Source of the DNA: Kiritimatiellia bacterium
GTDB taxonomy: Bacteria > Verrucomicrobiota > Kiritimatiellia > UBA8416 > YA12-FULL-48-11
Length of the DNA: 64,000 bases
NCBI GenBank assembly: GCA_028716365.1
Contig: JAQUPZ010000001.1
Coordinates: 473,205 to 537,204, forward strand
Direction of reading: 5' to 3'
Positions 1-9,325 of the stretch are shown piece after piece. Each line of letters begins with the position of its first letter. Within the stretch, counting starts at the first letter, position 1. Both the position numbers and the translations under genes were made by a program. The notes beneath the pieces were generated by a model. That model was given only the letters and a program-made list of their open reading frames with translations. It made no database searches and was not told the DNA's origin.

Positions 1-2
1 AT

Positions 3-380
3 TATGCCCAGCGTTACATACAGGACCTTCTCTCGCAGAAGAGGATTACCTCCGTTATAGAGGACATATTACCCGGCACATCGAAGCGTGTCGATCTCGG
101 GCTAACCTGTCCGCACACGAAGTATCGGGTTGCCATTGAGATTCCCATCTCGACGTTTGCGTCGGAAAAATCTCAAACCGATGCGGACCTGGCGTGCGGG
201 TGGCAACGGGTAATCGAAGTATGTTTGAACACGACAGACCTTGCCACGCTTAAAGCCGCTTTCAAGTCTGCAGGCGGCATGCCCGATCCCCGCGTAACGG
301 CCTGTGTACCGGCAGATATTCGCAATGCGCCAAATCTGTCGGAGATATTCGATAACCCGAATTTCTGGGCAACAACATAA
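3..380 (+). CDS. 5'-truncated ORF; C-terminus with possible PD-(D/E)xK nuclease-like motif
   Basis: Manual translation from position 3 is open to TAA at 378-380 (YAQRYIQDLL...KRVDLGLTCPHTKYRVAIEIP...FWATT). It is followed by SD CAGGAGG and the vWA gene. Confidence 0.6.
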   Translation, partial: YAQRYIQDLLSQKRITSVIEDILPGTSKRVDLGLTCPHTKYRVAIEIPISTFASEKSQTDADLACGWQRVIEVCLNTTDLATLKAAFKSAGGMPDPRVTACVPADIRNAPNLSEIFDNPNFWATT

Positions 381-403
381 ACAACACAAACAGGAGGCGT
401 AGC

Positions 404-1093
404 ATGAAAAGGAACAAAGAAGTACAAGTAACGGAAGAAGTGAGCGTCACTGCGGACCTTGCGCGTCCGTCGCGCATCTGTAGCAAGACAAAACAAAGGG
501 TGATCGTCATTCAGGACGCTTCACCCTCAATGGAGCAGGACGGCAAGAAAGAAGCAGCCCACAAGGCAGCGGTAGACATGATCGAAAGGCTCGCAGAGCC
601 GGTAAACAAGAACGGCTTTGTTGTGCTTGTCCTGCAGTTCAACAGCAAGGCAGAAGTTCTGCACAACTGGACTCCTGCAACACAGTTCAATGGCGGGATG
701 AAAGAGGTCCGCATCGCAAGCTCGACGAACATCACTGCTAGTTTGGAACTGGCACTCAACCGTATTCAGAGCGCTGATGATGAGGCGGAGATGACGTACT
801 TGCGGCATGTGACTCTTATTCATTCTGATGGCTGTAACAACATCGGTAGTAAAGAGGATGTTCTCCAAGCTGCTGATCGGCTCAAGAAAATCTCCGACAT
901 CGTTTCGGTAGCATTCGGCGATGATGCCGACGAGGATCTGCTCAGGAAAATAGCCTCGTCACCAGAGCATTTCTACCGTTGTGCAAACGGCGCTGAACTT
1001 CGCCGTTTCATGGCACAGATCGGAGACACTCTTACTGTCATGATGGCCCAGCAGCAGAATGCCACCCAGGCGCTGACCCAGCTCCAGCGCTAG
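404..1093 (+). CDS. vWA domain protein, TerY-like
   Basis: MIDAS DASPS after VIVIQ, TNITASLELA, HSDG; lies upstream of PP2C and kinase genes. Confidence 0.85.
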   Translation: MKRNKEVQVTEEVSVTADLARPSRICSKTKQRVIVIQDASPSMEQDGKKEAAHKAAVDMIERLAEPVNKNGFVVLVLQFNSKAEVLHNWTPATQFNGGMKEVRIASSTNITASLELALNRIQSADDEAEMTYLRHVTLIHSDGCNNIGSKEDVLQAADRLKKISDIVSVAFGDDADEDLLRKIASSPEHFYRCANGAELRRFMAQIGDTLTVMMAQQQNATQALTQLQR

Positions 1094-1169
1094 CGGCCGA
1101 AACAGGAGTCTTCTGACTCCTGTCCGCCGGAGATCGTCTACCGGCGTTGACGAGGCAGACAAGGGTGAA

Positions 1170-1403
1170 ATGACCATGAGAGCGTTGCCAACAAAGGAAC
1201 AGATTAGGTGGTTTATTTCCATCGGTATCGATGAAAAACTGCTGCCACCGGCCCGCGAATCTTCGCCTGCCCCGCAACATTCATTTATATCCGCCAGCCA
1301 TCCAGGCAGTGGTATTCCCAAAATCAGGATACTACTGTCCGCTCTTTTGTTGGTCGTTTGTTTTGTGCTCGCGGTTGTTGCAGCAAGGAGGTGTTTCCTG
1401 TGA
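1170..1403 (+). CDS. Small membrane protein
   Basis: C-terminal hydrophobic helix ILLSALLLVVCFVLAVVAA; its TGA overlaps the GTG start of the next gene (GTGA at 1400-1403). Confidence 0.55.
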   Translation: MTMRALPTKEQIRWFISIGIDEKLLPPARESSPAPQHSFISASHPGSGIPKIRILLSALLLVVCFVLAVVAARRCFL

Positions 1404-2947
1404 AAGACTCAGTTTCCATTTCTTTTCTTAAGAACCGGATATTCTCAGTTTTGTTCATAATTCTCTTTGTATTCATTTCGCCCACGCATAACCTGCACGC
1501 AATTTCGAACTCAGGACAAAGCGCTGTAAATATTCCCCGTCCTTTTTCCCAATCATCATCTCATCAATATTCCAATAAGTCACAAATGCTCTTTAATCGT
1601 TTTGATGTTCCGGAAAAGATGTTCTCAAACAGGACTGATCGTATTCTTCTTGTACTGGCTGGTCTCACCAATAATGCCCAATTCTCTTTCGCAACCACGC
1701 GTGATAACGTGGCCCTGTTGGGATCTCGGCATCGCCAACCCATGTCTATATTAAACGATCTTCAGACATCTTCAGGAAATACCGGCAAAGAAATCGATGA
1801 TATCCGTTGCAACCTGCAAAATCTTTCCGCGACCAACACCCTAAACACCAGCCGGACAATTCTTAACAGCCGGTTTTTGTTCATTCTTGCGTTCATATTG
1901 AATGTGGTTCTTTTCGTGCTCTTTCTTTGCCTGAAGAAAAATCTTCTCATAATTTCCGCGTCCGGTAACATGGACGTTCAAAGTCATGAATCCGATTTCA
2001 AGGGACCTCACGCAAGCCTGCTTAAGCCGCCGGGCGAGGAAATTCCTGATCCTGAAAATCAGGTTCAAAACATTGCTTCCACTGAGCTGGGTAGTGTTGA
2101 TTCTCGTATAAAACTCTTTTCAGATCCTTTTCAAACCTTGTGCGTGGCAGGCACTCACAAAGGCAATGTAAGATTGAACAACGAGGATTACTGTCTTGCT
2201 TTCTCGACATCTACGGGCTGGCAGGTTACTATAACAGCCGATGGACTAGGCGGTGTAACCTCAGGTGAATACGCTTCTTACTATGCCGTCACAGCAGCCG
2301 CATGTTCGATCATTCGTTCCTTCTTCTCGTGCCGTACACCTGATCCAATATCGACTGCAAGAAAGGCGCTTCTTGACGCAAACAAAGTTCTTTGCATCAG
2401 TGCCCGTGAGTGGCCAGATGCCTTTGGCGGCATTTCACTCAGAACCACTCTGATCTGTATCATTGCCACTGAAAAGAGATTCTCGTTCGCTTATTGCGGT
2501 GATGGCGGTGGAATCGTGGTGCGGAAGGGCGGAACTATTCAGCAATTCCTCTTCCCGCACAAGGCCGGCGAACATGTGTCTAATGTGCTTGAATCGTCAC
2601 TTGGTCCGGAGATTGAAGGCGAGCCTTCGTTCGGCTCCATCCCCAGGTATCCAGGTGACATTCTTTTTTGCGGTTCTGACGGTATATTTGATGTAGCAGG
2701 CCCTAAATTTCCGATAGCTACTATTCAGACTATTGCGCGTCACAACGGAGACCTGAAATCAGCGATTAATGAGATTCTTGATAAACTGGCCGACGCAAAA
2801 GACAAACAAGGATGTTTTATATGCGACGATAATCTCACAATAGCTGCAATCTGCGATAAATCCATTTTGCCTCTTTCCGCAGAGCCTCAAAAGCCTTTTT
2901 GTGAAAAGAACGAACATCGTTCAAATGAAGATGTGAGGGCGTCGTGA
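1400..2947 (+). CDS. PP2C-family Ser/Thr phosphatase with an N-terminal membrane-anchored extension
   Basis: Motifs NEDY, TADGLGG, CGDGG, GSDGIFD, DDNLT; two hydrophobic segments in the N-terminal ~190 aa; GTG start after GGAGG, coupled to the upstream stop. Confidence 0.85.
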   Translation: MKDSVSISFLKNRIFSVLFIILFVFISPTHNLHAISNSGQSAVNIPRPFSQSSSHQYSNKSQMLFNRFDVPEKMFSNRTDRILLVLAGLTNNAQFSFATTRDNVALLGSRHRQPMSILNDLQTSSGNTGKEIDDIRCNLQNLSATNTLNTSRTILNSRFLFILAFILNVVLFVLFLCLKKNLLIISASGNMDVQSHESDFKGPHASLLKPPGEEIPDPENQVQNIASTELGSVDSRIKLFSDPFQTLCVAGTHKGNVRLNNEDYCLAFSTSTGWQVTITADGLGGVTSGEYASYYAVTAAACSIIRSFFSCRTPDPISTARKALLDANKVLCISAREWPDAFGGISLRTTLICIIATEKRFSFAYCGDGGGIVVRKGGTIQQFLFPHKAGEHVSNVLESSLGPEIEGEPSFGSIPRYPGDILFCGSDGIFDVAGPKFPIATIQTIARHNGDLKSAINEILDKLADAKDKQGCFICDDNLTIAAICDKSILPLSAEPQKPFCEKNEHRSNEDVRAS

Positions 2948-4182
2948 TTCTTAAGTCTGGAACAATATTAAATACCGTCAAGGGCGCCAGTTTGGAAATA
3001 ACCGGAATCCTGAGTGCCGGTAAACAGGGAACTGTCAGTAAAGTTCTTAATAAGAAAACCGGCCAAATAGGTACAGTTAAGATATTTCATGACGATTTTT
3101 CTGATCAGCAAACATCATCGCGCATAAAATATCTCAATTCTATTGAAGTCAGCAATCTGTCTCCCGTACTTGTCGGACCATCTGACATTATTTCCAATCC
3201 TGGCATTGTAGGCTATTATTCCGCATATATTCCCGGCACACAGTTAAACGAGTACCTCAAAACTACGAAACTTACACTTATGCAACGCCTTGTGCTTGCC
3301 ATAAGCTTTGCCAAGGGTATCCGCGCTCTCCATAAGAACAATGTGGCGGACGGAGATATCCGTTCCGAAAATGTCCTTGTTGTTGCAGAAAATGGCGTTA
3401 GCCAGCCTTACAAGATTGACTTGGACAATTTTAACACCAACGGAACTCCGAAACCAAAATGCATCGGTGCAGAGGATTACATGGCGCCCGAACTCAATAA
3501 AGCATTCCGCGAGGGCCGCAAACGCTATCCGGACATCAATTCAGACCGGTTTTCATTTTTTATCAGTATACATGAAATCATTCTTCTTATCCACCCGGCT
3601 TCAGGGTTTATGGCTACAGACGAAGAATATCACCGTGCGATGTATGAAGGCGCGTGGCTGCACGATCCGGCTCTTCCTCCTCCAAAAAACGTCAAAGGTT
3701 GTTCGTCTAAAATGCTCAATGCCCGGCTTATATCGCTTTACAGGCGAGGTATAGGCCTTTTTCCGGATAAAAGACCATCTGTTGCTGAATGGTGTGATGA
3801 GTTGATTCGGGCTTTGTATGAAATTGACATTTGCCGCCACTGTCACATGCCGTCCCTAATTGATGCATCAAAAACACGCTGTTATTCATGCGGGAAACCA
3901 TATTTACCGCCATCTTTACTCCTTAACTCAGGCAAAATCATAACAATCGATACTGGCAGTGTTCAGGTCGGCAGAAGCCTTTTAGGCGGATCAATGAGTG
4001 TTTCAAGGGAACATGCATTGTTTTCGAGGATGGGACCTCTGCTTTTTGTTCAGAGTTTCGGTGCAAACGGTACATGGCGGCTGACCGAGGGGGTATGGCA
4101 TCGGATTCCTGATGGTGTTGTTGTGCCCCTTTCTGAAGGCAACAGGATTCGTATGGCTGATATTGAATTAAGGGTTCAGTAA
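2944..4182 (+). CDS. Ser/Thr protein kinase with Zn-ribbon and C-terminal FHA domain
   Basis: GKQGTV, TVKIF, DGDIRSENVLV, IDLDN, YMAPE; CRHC...CYSC; FHA motifs GR, VSREHA, NGT; GTGA coupling. Confidence 0.85.
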   Translation: MILKSGTILNTVKGASLEITGILSAGKQGTVSKVLNKKTGQIGTVKIFHDDFSDQQTSSRIKYLNSIEVSNLSPVLVGPSDIISNPGIVGYYSAYIPGTQLNEYLKTTKLTLMQRLVLAISFAKGIRALHKNNVADGDIRSENVLVVAENGVSQPYKIDLDNFNTNGTPKPKCIGAEDYMAPELNKAFREGRKRYPDINSDRFSFFISIHEIILLIHPASGFMATDEEYHRAMYEGAWLHDPALPPPKNVKGCSSKMLNARLISLYRRGIGLFPDKRPSVAEWCDELIRALYEIDICRHCHMPSLIDASKTRCYSCGKPYLPPSLLLNSGKIITIDTGSVQVGRSLLGGSMSVSREHALFSRMGPLLFVQSFGANGTWRLTEGVWHRIPDGVVVPLSEGNRIRMADIELRVQ

Positions 4183-4198
4183 AAAAGTGAGGTGAAAT

Positions 4199-4531
4199 AT
4201 GTTTATTCTATTTATTCTTTCTTGGCTGGGAATGATCTTCCTCTCAGTAATTGTATTTGAAAGTATACACCAGGCTATCAAACTGCGCCTGCCTGTTGTT
4301 CTTAGCAAGCATATCTGCTGTTCCTGCTGGTGGTTCTTTCTTGCCCTGCTGACTTTTTGCTCGTTCCGCCTGGCAGCTCTGCTGAATTTTCTGCTCATGC
4401 TGCCTTTTGCCTTGAGTCATATGAACATCTGCCGCTTTAGGAACGAGATAATACCCCTCATGCGAGTTCTCAGGAACATTCCGCATGCTGTATCAGATTT
4501 TGTAGAAAGGCTTAAACCATACGTCAAGTAG
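4199..4531 (+). CDS. Hypothetical membrane protein
   Basis: SD GAGGTG before ATG; 2-3 hydrophobic segments. Confidence 0.55.
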   Translation: MFILFILSWLGMIFLSVIVFESIHQAIKLRLPVVLSKHICCSCWWFFLALLTFCSFRLAALLNFLLMLPFALSHMNICRFRNEIIPLMRVLRNIPHAVSDFVERLKPYVK

Positions 4532-4570
4532 TGGAAATAATGATGTGGAAAGGCAGACAACATTACGAGT

Positions 4571-4804
4571 ATGAGCATGAATGCAATCGTCACAAAGAAA
4601 CAGATTGATATTTTCAAATCCCTTTTCTGTGTCGGTCGCATGGACGTCTATGGGACATATTATCTTGATTCAGGAAGGTGCTACGTGGCCCAAGAACCGA
4701 TTACACGTGAAGTCATTAGAAAACATCTCGATGGCCGCATCCCGATGGGGGTGTTTATGTTGAAGGGTGACGTCACATCCCTGAAAGTCAGGAAACCATA
4801 CTAA
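4571..4804 (+). pseudogene. Truncated TOTE-type archaeo-eukaryotic primase N-terminal fragment
   Basis: FKSLF-x-GRMDVYG...PITREVIRKHLDGRIPMGVF resembles the N-terminus of TOTE/AEP primases; the ORF stops after 77 aa, before the catalytic residues. Confidence 0.5.
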
Positions 4805-4822
4805 AAAAGGAAAGGGGCAAGC

Positions 4823-5632
4823 ATGAAAAAGATCAAGAAGTCGACAGTCTTTGGAACCAAGGAATGGGCAGAAAAGACGGCAAACTGTTGTGACGGATGT
4901 GGGCATGATTGTCATTATTGTTACGCTAAGTCCATGGCAATCCGATTTACAAAAAGAACCGGAAAGACACCCAATACTTGGCTCATTGAGGAACCCGCGT
5001 TGCACAGGATACAAACAATATGCAGAGGAAAGCCAGCCAAGGTCATGTTTCCGTCAATGCACGATTTGACCCCCAACATTCTTCCCGTGTGTATCGAAGC
5101 GATTCGCATGATGCTTGATTACGGGCACCGGTTGCTGATTGTTTCAAAACCACATGAGGACTGCATCCGGGAGATTTGTGAGACATTCTCGCAGGATAAA
5201 AGCAGGATCCTCTTCAGATTTACAATCGGATCGGCGAGCGATGAAACTCTGCGGTTCTGGGAGTCCGGTTCGCCTTGCTTTCAAGAGCGTTTACTGTCCC
5301 TGGCGCTAGCCCATGACGCAGGATTTGCGACCAGTGTATCTTGTGAACCCATGCTTGACGACAGGATTGAGCTGGTAGTTGATGCCACGACTCCGTGGGT
5401 TACTGATTCAATATGGATTGGCAAAATGAACCAGTTGCGTCAGCGGCTTCGCGTGAACGGTGCCGGTCCTGATGTGCTGGCAAGAGGCGAGGCATTACTG
5501 GAGAGCCAGAATGACAAGAACATTCGCCATCTCTACATGAGGCTCAAAGACAATCCCATCATCAAGTGGAAAGAAAGCATCAAGAGGGTCATTGGTGCGG
5601 TCATTCCGACGAAACCGGGTTTGGACATCTGA
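4823..5632 (+). CDS. Radical SAM protein, DUF5131/phage Gp37-68-like
   Basis: CxxxCxxC (CGHDCHYCYA), FPSMHDL, SCEPML. Confidence 0.75.
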   Translation: MKKIKKSTVFGTKEWAEKTANCCDGCGHDCHYCYAKSMAIRFTKRTGKTPNTWLIEEPALHRIQTICRGKPAKVMFPSMHDLTPNILPVCIEAIRMMLDYGHRLLIVSKPHEDCIREICETFSQDKSRILFRFTIGSASDETLRFWESGSPCFQERLLSLALAHDAGFATSVSCEPMLDDRIELVVDATTPWVTDSIWIGKMNQLRQRLRVNGAGPDVLARGEALLESQNDKNIRHLYMRLKDNPIIKWKESIKRVIGAVIPTKPGLDI

Positions 5633-5661
5633 ATTACATGGCCGGACTGAGGAGGTATGTT

Positions 5662-6432
5662 ATGGGTGATCGAGGAAATATAGTGGTACGCCATGAAAAT
5701 GGTCAGCGCATCTATCTATACACGCACGAATACGGTTCACATATCGGCTACATCTTGGCTTCTGCTCTTAAGCGTGCCGGTATGGAGCGGTGGGACTGCG
5801 ACTGTTATCTTACCAGAATCATCTTCTGCGAGATGGTTCGCGGAGAGGAGATGGAGAATATTGGGTTCGGAATTGGCACATCTGTTCCCGACAATGATCA
5901 TCCAATGCTCGTGGTCAATGTTCCGAGGCAACGCATTTATTGGGCACTGAGAGAAACGCCGCATAAGCCAACCTCATCTGTATTGTCATTCAGAGAATTC
6001 ATCTTGATAAGACCAGCAGCGTGTGCATGGCTCTGCCCGGTGGACAATATCAAGGCTGTGGGTCAGTACATTCTATCTTGTCTCCGGTCCGGGATGCGAT
6101 TTGGTTCGGACATCTTCTGCAACAGGCAGCACTTCTGTCATTCCACAATTCGATACGACATCCTGAATGATTATGAGGCCCATTTCTATGAAACACGTCA
6201 GCTTTGTGACTACGCTGTGGATTTCCTGTATCAGCGAAAGTTAGTTCGGTTGGTGACGTACATGGATCCTCATTGTGGCCTGCCGATTGATTATGATCTT
6301 GTATTGACTGACGCCGGGAGAGAGGCAGTCATGGCTTCTTTCGAAGACTCAGCCGAATCGACGAAGCTCGAAAGAATAGCCAGCACAGAAGCCAAAATCG
6401 TTGAGAAGAATAAAAACGATCTGCTATTCTAA
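5662..6432 (+). CDS. Phage-type hypothetical protein
   Basis: SD GAGGAGG at 5650-5656; MGDRGNI...YLYTH...RWD...YLTRIIF...GFGI pattern recalls phage hypotheticals (from memory, unverified). Confidence 0.6.
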   Translation: MGDRGNIVVRHENGQRIYLYTHEYGSHIGYILASALKRAGMERWDCDCYLTRIIFCEMVRGEEMENIGFGIGTSVPDNDHPMLVVNVPRQRIYWALRETPHKPTSSVLSFREFILIRPAACAWLCPVDNIKAVGQYILSCLRSGMRFGSDIFCNRQHFCHSTIRYDILNDYEAHFYETRQLCDYAVDFLYQRKLVRLVTYMDPHCGLPIDYDLVLTDAGREAVMASFEDSAESTKLERIASTEAKIVEKNKNDLLF

Positions 6433-6512
6433 TACAAAGTAAAGTTGCATCAGAATTGCAGAAGACGTTTAAGAAGGAGATGGAAAACGCGGCAACCATG
6501 TGAGGTGTTGCA

Positions 6513-6815
6513 ATGAACCAAAACACGGCAGAGGCAATCAAGGCGATTCTAAAAGCTGATCAAACAGTATCAGCTCAGGATCTTGCCCGTATTCTTGATG
6601 TATGCCGTAATCCGCAAATTGCCTCTTCAGCCCCTCCAGCAATCACTCGGGGTACTCGTCAGTTCTTGACTCCGAAGCAGGCGGCTCAAGCGTTAAGCAC
6701 CAGTATTCGCACAATCTGGCGCCTTGCCGAGCGTGGAGAGCTTCGCAGGATAAAGCTTGGAACAAAGACCACCAGGTTTGTTCTCGACGATATTGATCGT
6801 CTCGCGGCCCCTTGA
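6513..6815 (+). CDS. Excisionase-like/MerR-type HTH DNA-binding protein
   Basis: FLTPKQAAQALSTSIRTIWRLAERGELRRIKLG; last gene before the tRNA-Tyr 3' end. Confidence 0.8.
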   Translation: MNQNTAEAIKAILKADQTVSAQDLARILDVCRNPQIASSAPPAITRGTRQFLTPKQAAQALSTSIRTIWRLAERGELRRIKLGTKTTRFVLDDIDRLAAP

Positions 6816-6926
6816 CCAAATTATGAGTCCCAGAATGCCGGCTCACCTGATTATTGCGAACGATTTCAGGCCAATTTCATATGTTATTGAAAGCCTGAAA
6901 TTACGCAGGAAAGTGCCCCTAAAATC

Positions 6927-6947
6927 TTGGTGTAAATTTGGTGTAAA
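6927..6947. repeat. Tandem direct repeat TTGGTGTAAA x2, putative integrase arm-type sites
   Basis: Exact 10-mer at 6927-6936 and 6938-6947, about 150 bp from the tRNA 3' end. Confidence 0.55.
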
Positions 6948-7100
6948 AATCCGACTCGTGTCCGCTCGAGTCAGCAAATGCCACTAGGTGCCAATATGGG
7001 TCAGAAAAGGACTACTACCAGAAACGGATATTACGTCAAAATGCCTGTAAACATTGATCAATATGTGCATCGGGGTTTGAAATATCTTGTGAATAATGAG

Positions 7101-7186
<86 letters not shown>

Positions 7187-7270
7187 TTAAAAACGTCAGA
7201 CTATGGCCAGTAATCTGAAAGTGCGCCATTGTGCATAGCACTGCAAATACGGGCAAGGAAAATCTTTTCA

Positions 7271-8440
7271 TCAACCCTTTATTACTCCCAGAGGCCGTAA
7301 TTTTGCCACTATTTCTACAAGGTCGGATTGGGCGGAGATTACTTCTTCAATATTCTTATAAGCCTGCGGCGCTTCGCTCAAGTCCATGCGTCCTTTGCGG
7401 CCTTTACCCCATCTTCCGAAAACAATACCTTCCATGGCTTTATCACATTCTTCCACAGTCAACTTCCGGCATGCTTCATTACGTCCCATAGTCCTGCCTG
7501 CACCATGTGAACACGACATGAACGATTCCGGATTACCAAGACCCCTTACAATATAAGACGATGTACCCATGGAGCCCGGAATGATTCCCATCTGACCTTT
7601 CCCGGCAGACGTGGCACCCTTTCGATGAATTAATACATCCCTGCCAAAATGCTGTTCAATTGCGCAATAGTTATGATGAATGTTTATCATCTGGGTTACA
7701 TGGCAGTGAGCACGACGACACACAATTTCCGAGAAACGTTCCATCATCAATTCCCTGTTTCTCGCGGCGAACTTCAATGCAAAGTTCATTGCTGCCAGAT
7801 ATTCTTCCGCTTCCGAACTGTTTTTTGAGAACCATGCCAGGTCTTTTGATGTCAGCGGCACATCATGTTTCTCGCACAATCTTTGTGCAACCCGGTGATA
7901 ATATTCCGCTATTTTTAATCCGAAATTACGACTGCCGCTGTGAATCATCAGCCATGCAAGGCCGTCATCACCAGCCTGTATCTCAATAAAATGATTTCCG
8001 CCTCCAAGAGTGCCAAGTTGATATTTCGCGGAATCAAGTTCCTGTTTTACGGGCGGACATTCCTCCGGCGCGGTTTTCCAGCCATCCCAGTTCTGGGATG
8101 ATTTGTGGTGATCGAAACCAACCGGAATAACGCCACGGGTTTCGCCTATGATTTCTTTGATGAGCTTTGTTGTCATGTCCCGGGCCTCCAGGTCTGTTTC
8201 CACTGCCAGCATACCGCAGCCGATATCCACACCAACCGCATTTGGAATAACGGCATCGATGCAGGCAACCACACCCCCGATGGGCATTCCATATCCGACA
8301 TGACAATCAGGCATGAGTGCTACATGTTTATAGGTGACGTTGAGTTCGGCAAGGTTTTCAGCCTGTTCAAGAGCGCCAGCCTCAATGTTCTTACACCAGG
8401 ACTTGATAGGGATACGCTTATCTGTTCTTATCCATTCCAT
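7271..8440 (-). CDS. rtcB: RNA-splicing/repair ligase RtcB
   Basis: MPDCHVG, VGVDIGCG, GTLGGGNHF, HSGSR, HRKGA, PGSMG, SHGAGR, EAPQAYK. Confidence 0.96.
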   Translation of the reverse strand: MEWIRTDKRIPIKSWCKNIEAGALEQAENLAELNVTYKHVALMPDCHVGYGMPIGGVVACIDAVIPNAVGVDIGCGMLAVETDLEARDMTTKLIKEIIGETRGVIPVGFDHHKSSQNWDGWKTAPEECPPVKQELDSAKYQLGTLGGGNHFIEIQAGDDGLAWLMIHSGSRNFGLKIAEYYHRVAQRLCEKHDVPLTSKDLAWFSKNSSEAEEYLAAMNFALKFAARNRELMMERFSEIVCRRAHCHVTQMINIHHNYCAIEQHFGRDVLIHRKGATSAGKGQMGIIPGSMGTSSYIVRGLGNPESFMSCSHGAGRTMGRNEACRKLTVEECDKAMEGIVFGRWGKGRKGRMDLSEAPQAYKNIEEVISAQSDLVEIVAKLRPLGVIKG

Positions 8441-8495
8441 ATATTCAAATTTACATTGTCGAAACTCTGCATTTCCTCTAAATTAGCGGTCTTTC

Positions 8496-9314
8496 ATGAA
8501 AAAGTCATTGAAATATAGAGCTGCATTGGCAGATATACGGCGGATAGTTGTCAAGCTGGGGAGCCGTGTGCTGGTACAGAAAACCGGCCGTCCTGATATC
8601 CGCCAGATAAAAGGACTGGTCCGGGATATTGCCCATTTACAAAGAGCTGGCTACGAGATTGTTGTGGTAACTTCGGGAGCTATTGGCGCAGGTATGGAAG
8701 CACTGGGTATGAAAGAACGGCCGACAGCATTGCCTGATCTGCAGATGGCAGCGGCAGTTGGACAATCGCGCCTTATGTCCAGATACGACGCACTGTTCTC
8801 AGCAGCAGGTTGCAAGATTGGACAGGTGCTTCTCACGCATGAAGATTTTCATCATAAAATCAGATTCACCAACGCCCGTCGCACCATGGAAAACATGATT
8901 CGTAACAAGGTCATTCCGATTGTTAATGAAAATGACGTGGTGGCCGATGAAGAAATCAAGGCTGACCTGGCGCTGGGCGACAATGATCTTCTTGCTTCGC
9001 TTCTTGTGAAACTTATCAGGGCCGACCTTTTGATCATGCTCACGACGGTTGACGGCTTGCGTAAATCCGGCAAGAACGGAATAACCCGGCGCGTGAGATA
9101 CCTGGAATCCATTACCAGGAACACATATGCCATGGTTACGGGAAGTAAATCAAAATTGTCCATAGGTGGAATGTCTTCCAAGCTCAGGGCAGCCGAATCG
9201 GTATCAAGGGCCGGCTGTTCCGCACTGATTGCAAACGGGCGCAAGAGCGATGTGCTGACAGAAATAATGAGTGGAAAAGATGTCGGTACGCTTATCCTTG
9301 CTTCGGCCATGTAA
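8496..9314 (+). CDS. proB: Glutamate 5-kinase (no PUA domain)
   Basis: VVKLGS, VTSGAI, AAVGQ, NENDVV, GDNDLL, GGMSSKL. Confidence 0.95.
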   Translation: MKKSLKYRAALADIRRIVVKLGSRVLVQKTGRPDIRQIKGLVRDIAHLQRAGYEIVVVTSGAIGAGMEALGMKERPTALPDLQMAAAVGQSRLMSRYDALFSAAGCKIGQVLLTHEDFHHKIRFTNARRTMENMIRNKVIPIVNENDVVADEEIKADLALGDNDLLASLLVKLIRADLLIMLTTVDGLRKSGKNGITRRVRYLESITRNTYAMVTGSKSKLSIGGMSSKLRAAESVSRAGCSALIANGRKSDVLTEIMSGKDVGTLILASAM

Positions 9315-9325
9315 AGGAATGAATC

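Larger units (their letters stand above)
1..7100. mobile_element. Right end of an integrative element/genomic island abutting the tRNA-Tyr 3' end
   Basis: Defence-like and phage-like cargo, terminal excisionase-like HTH gene, tandem TTGGTGTAAA repeats, tRNA 3' end facing the cargo. No integrase or second att copy in the window. Confidence 0.65.

Noticed and set aside
8496-9314. ProB lacking the PUA domain as a novelty
   Set aside because: Short PUA-less glutamate 5-kinases are common.
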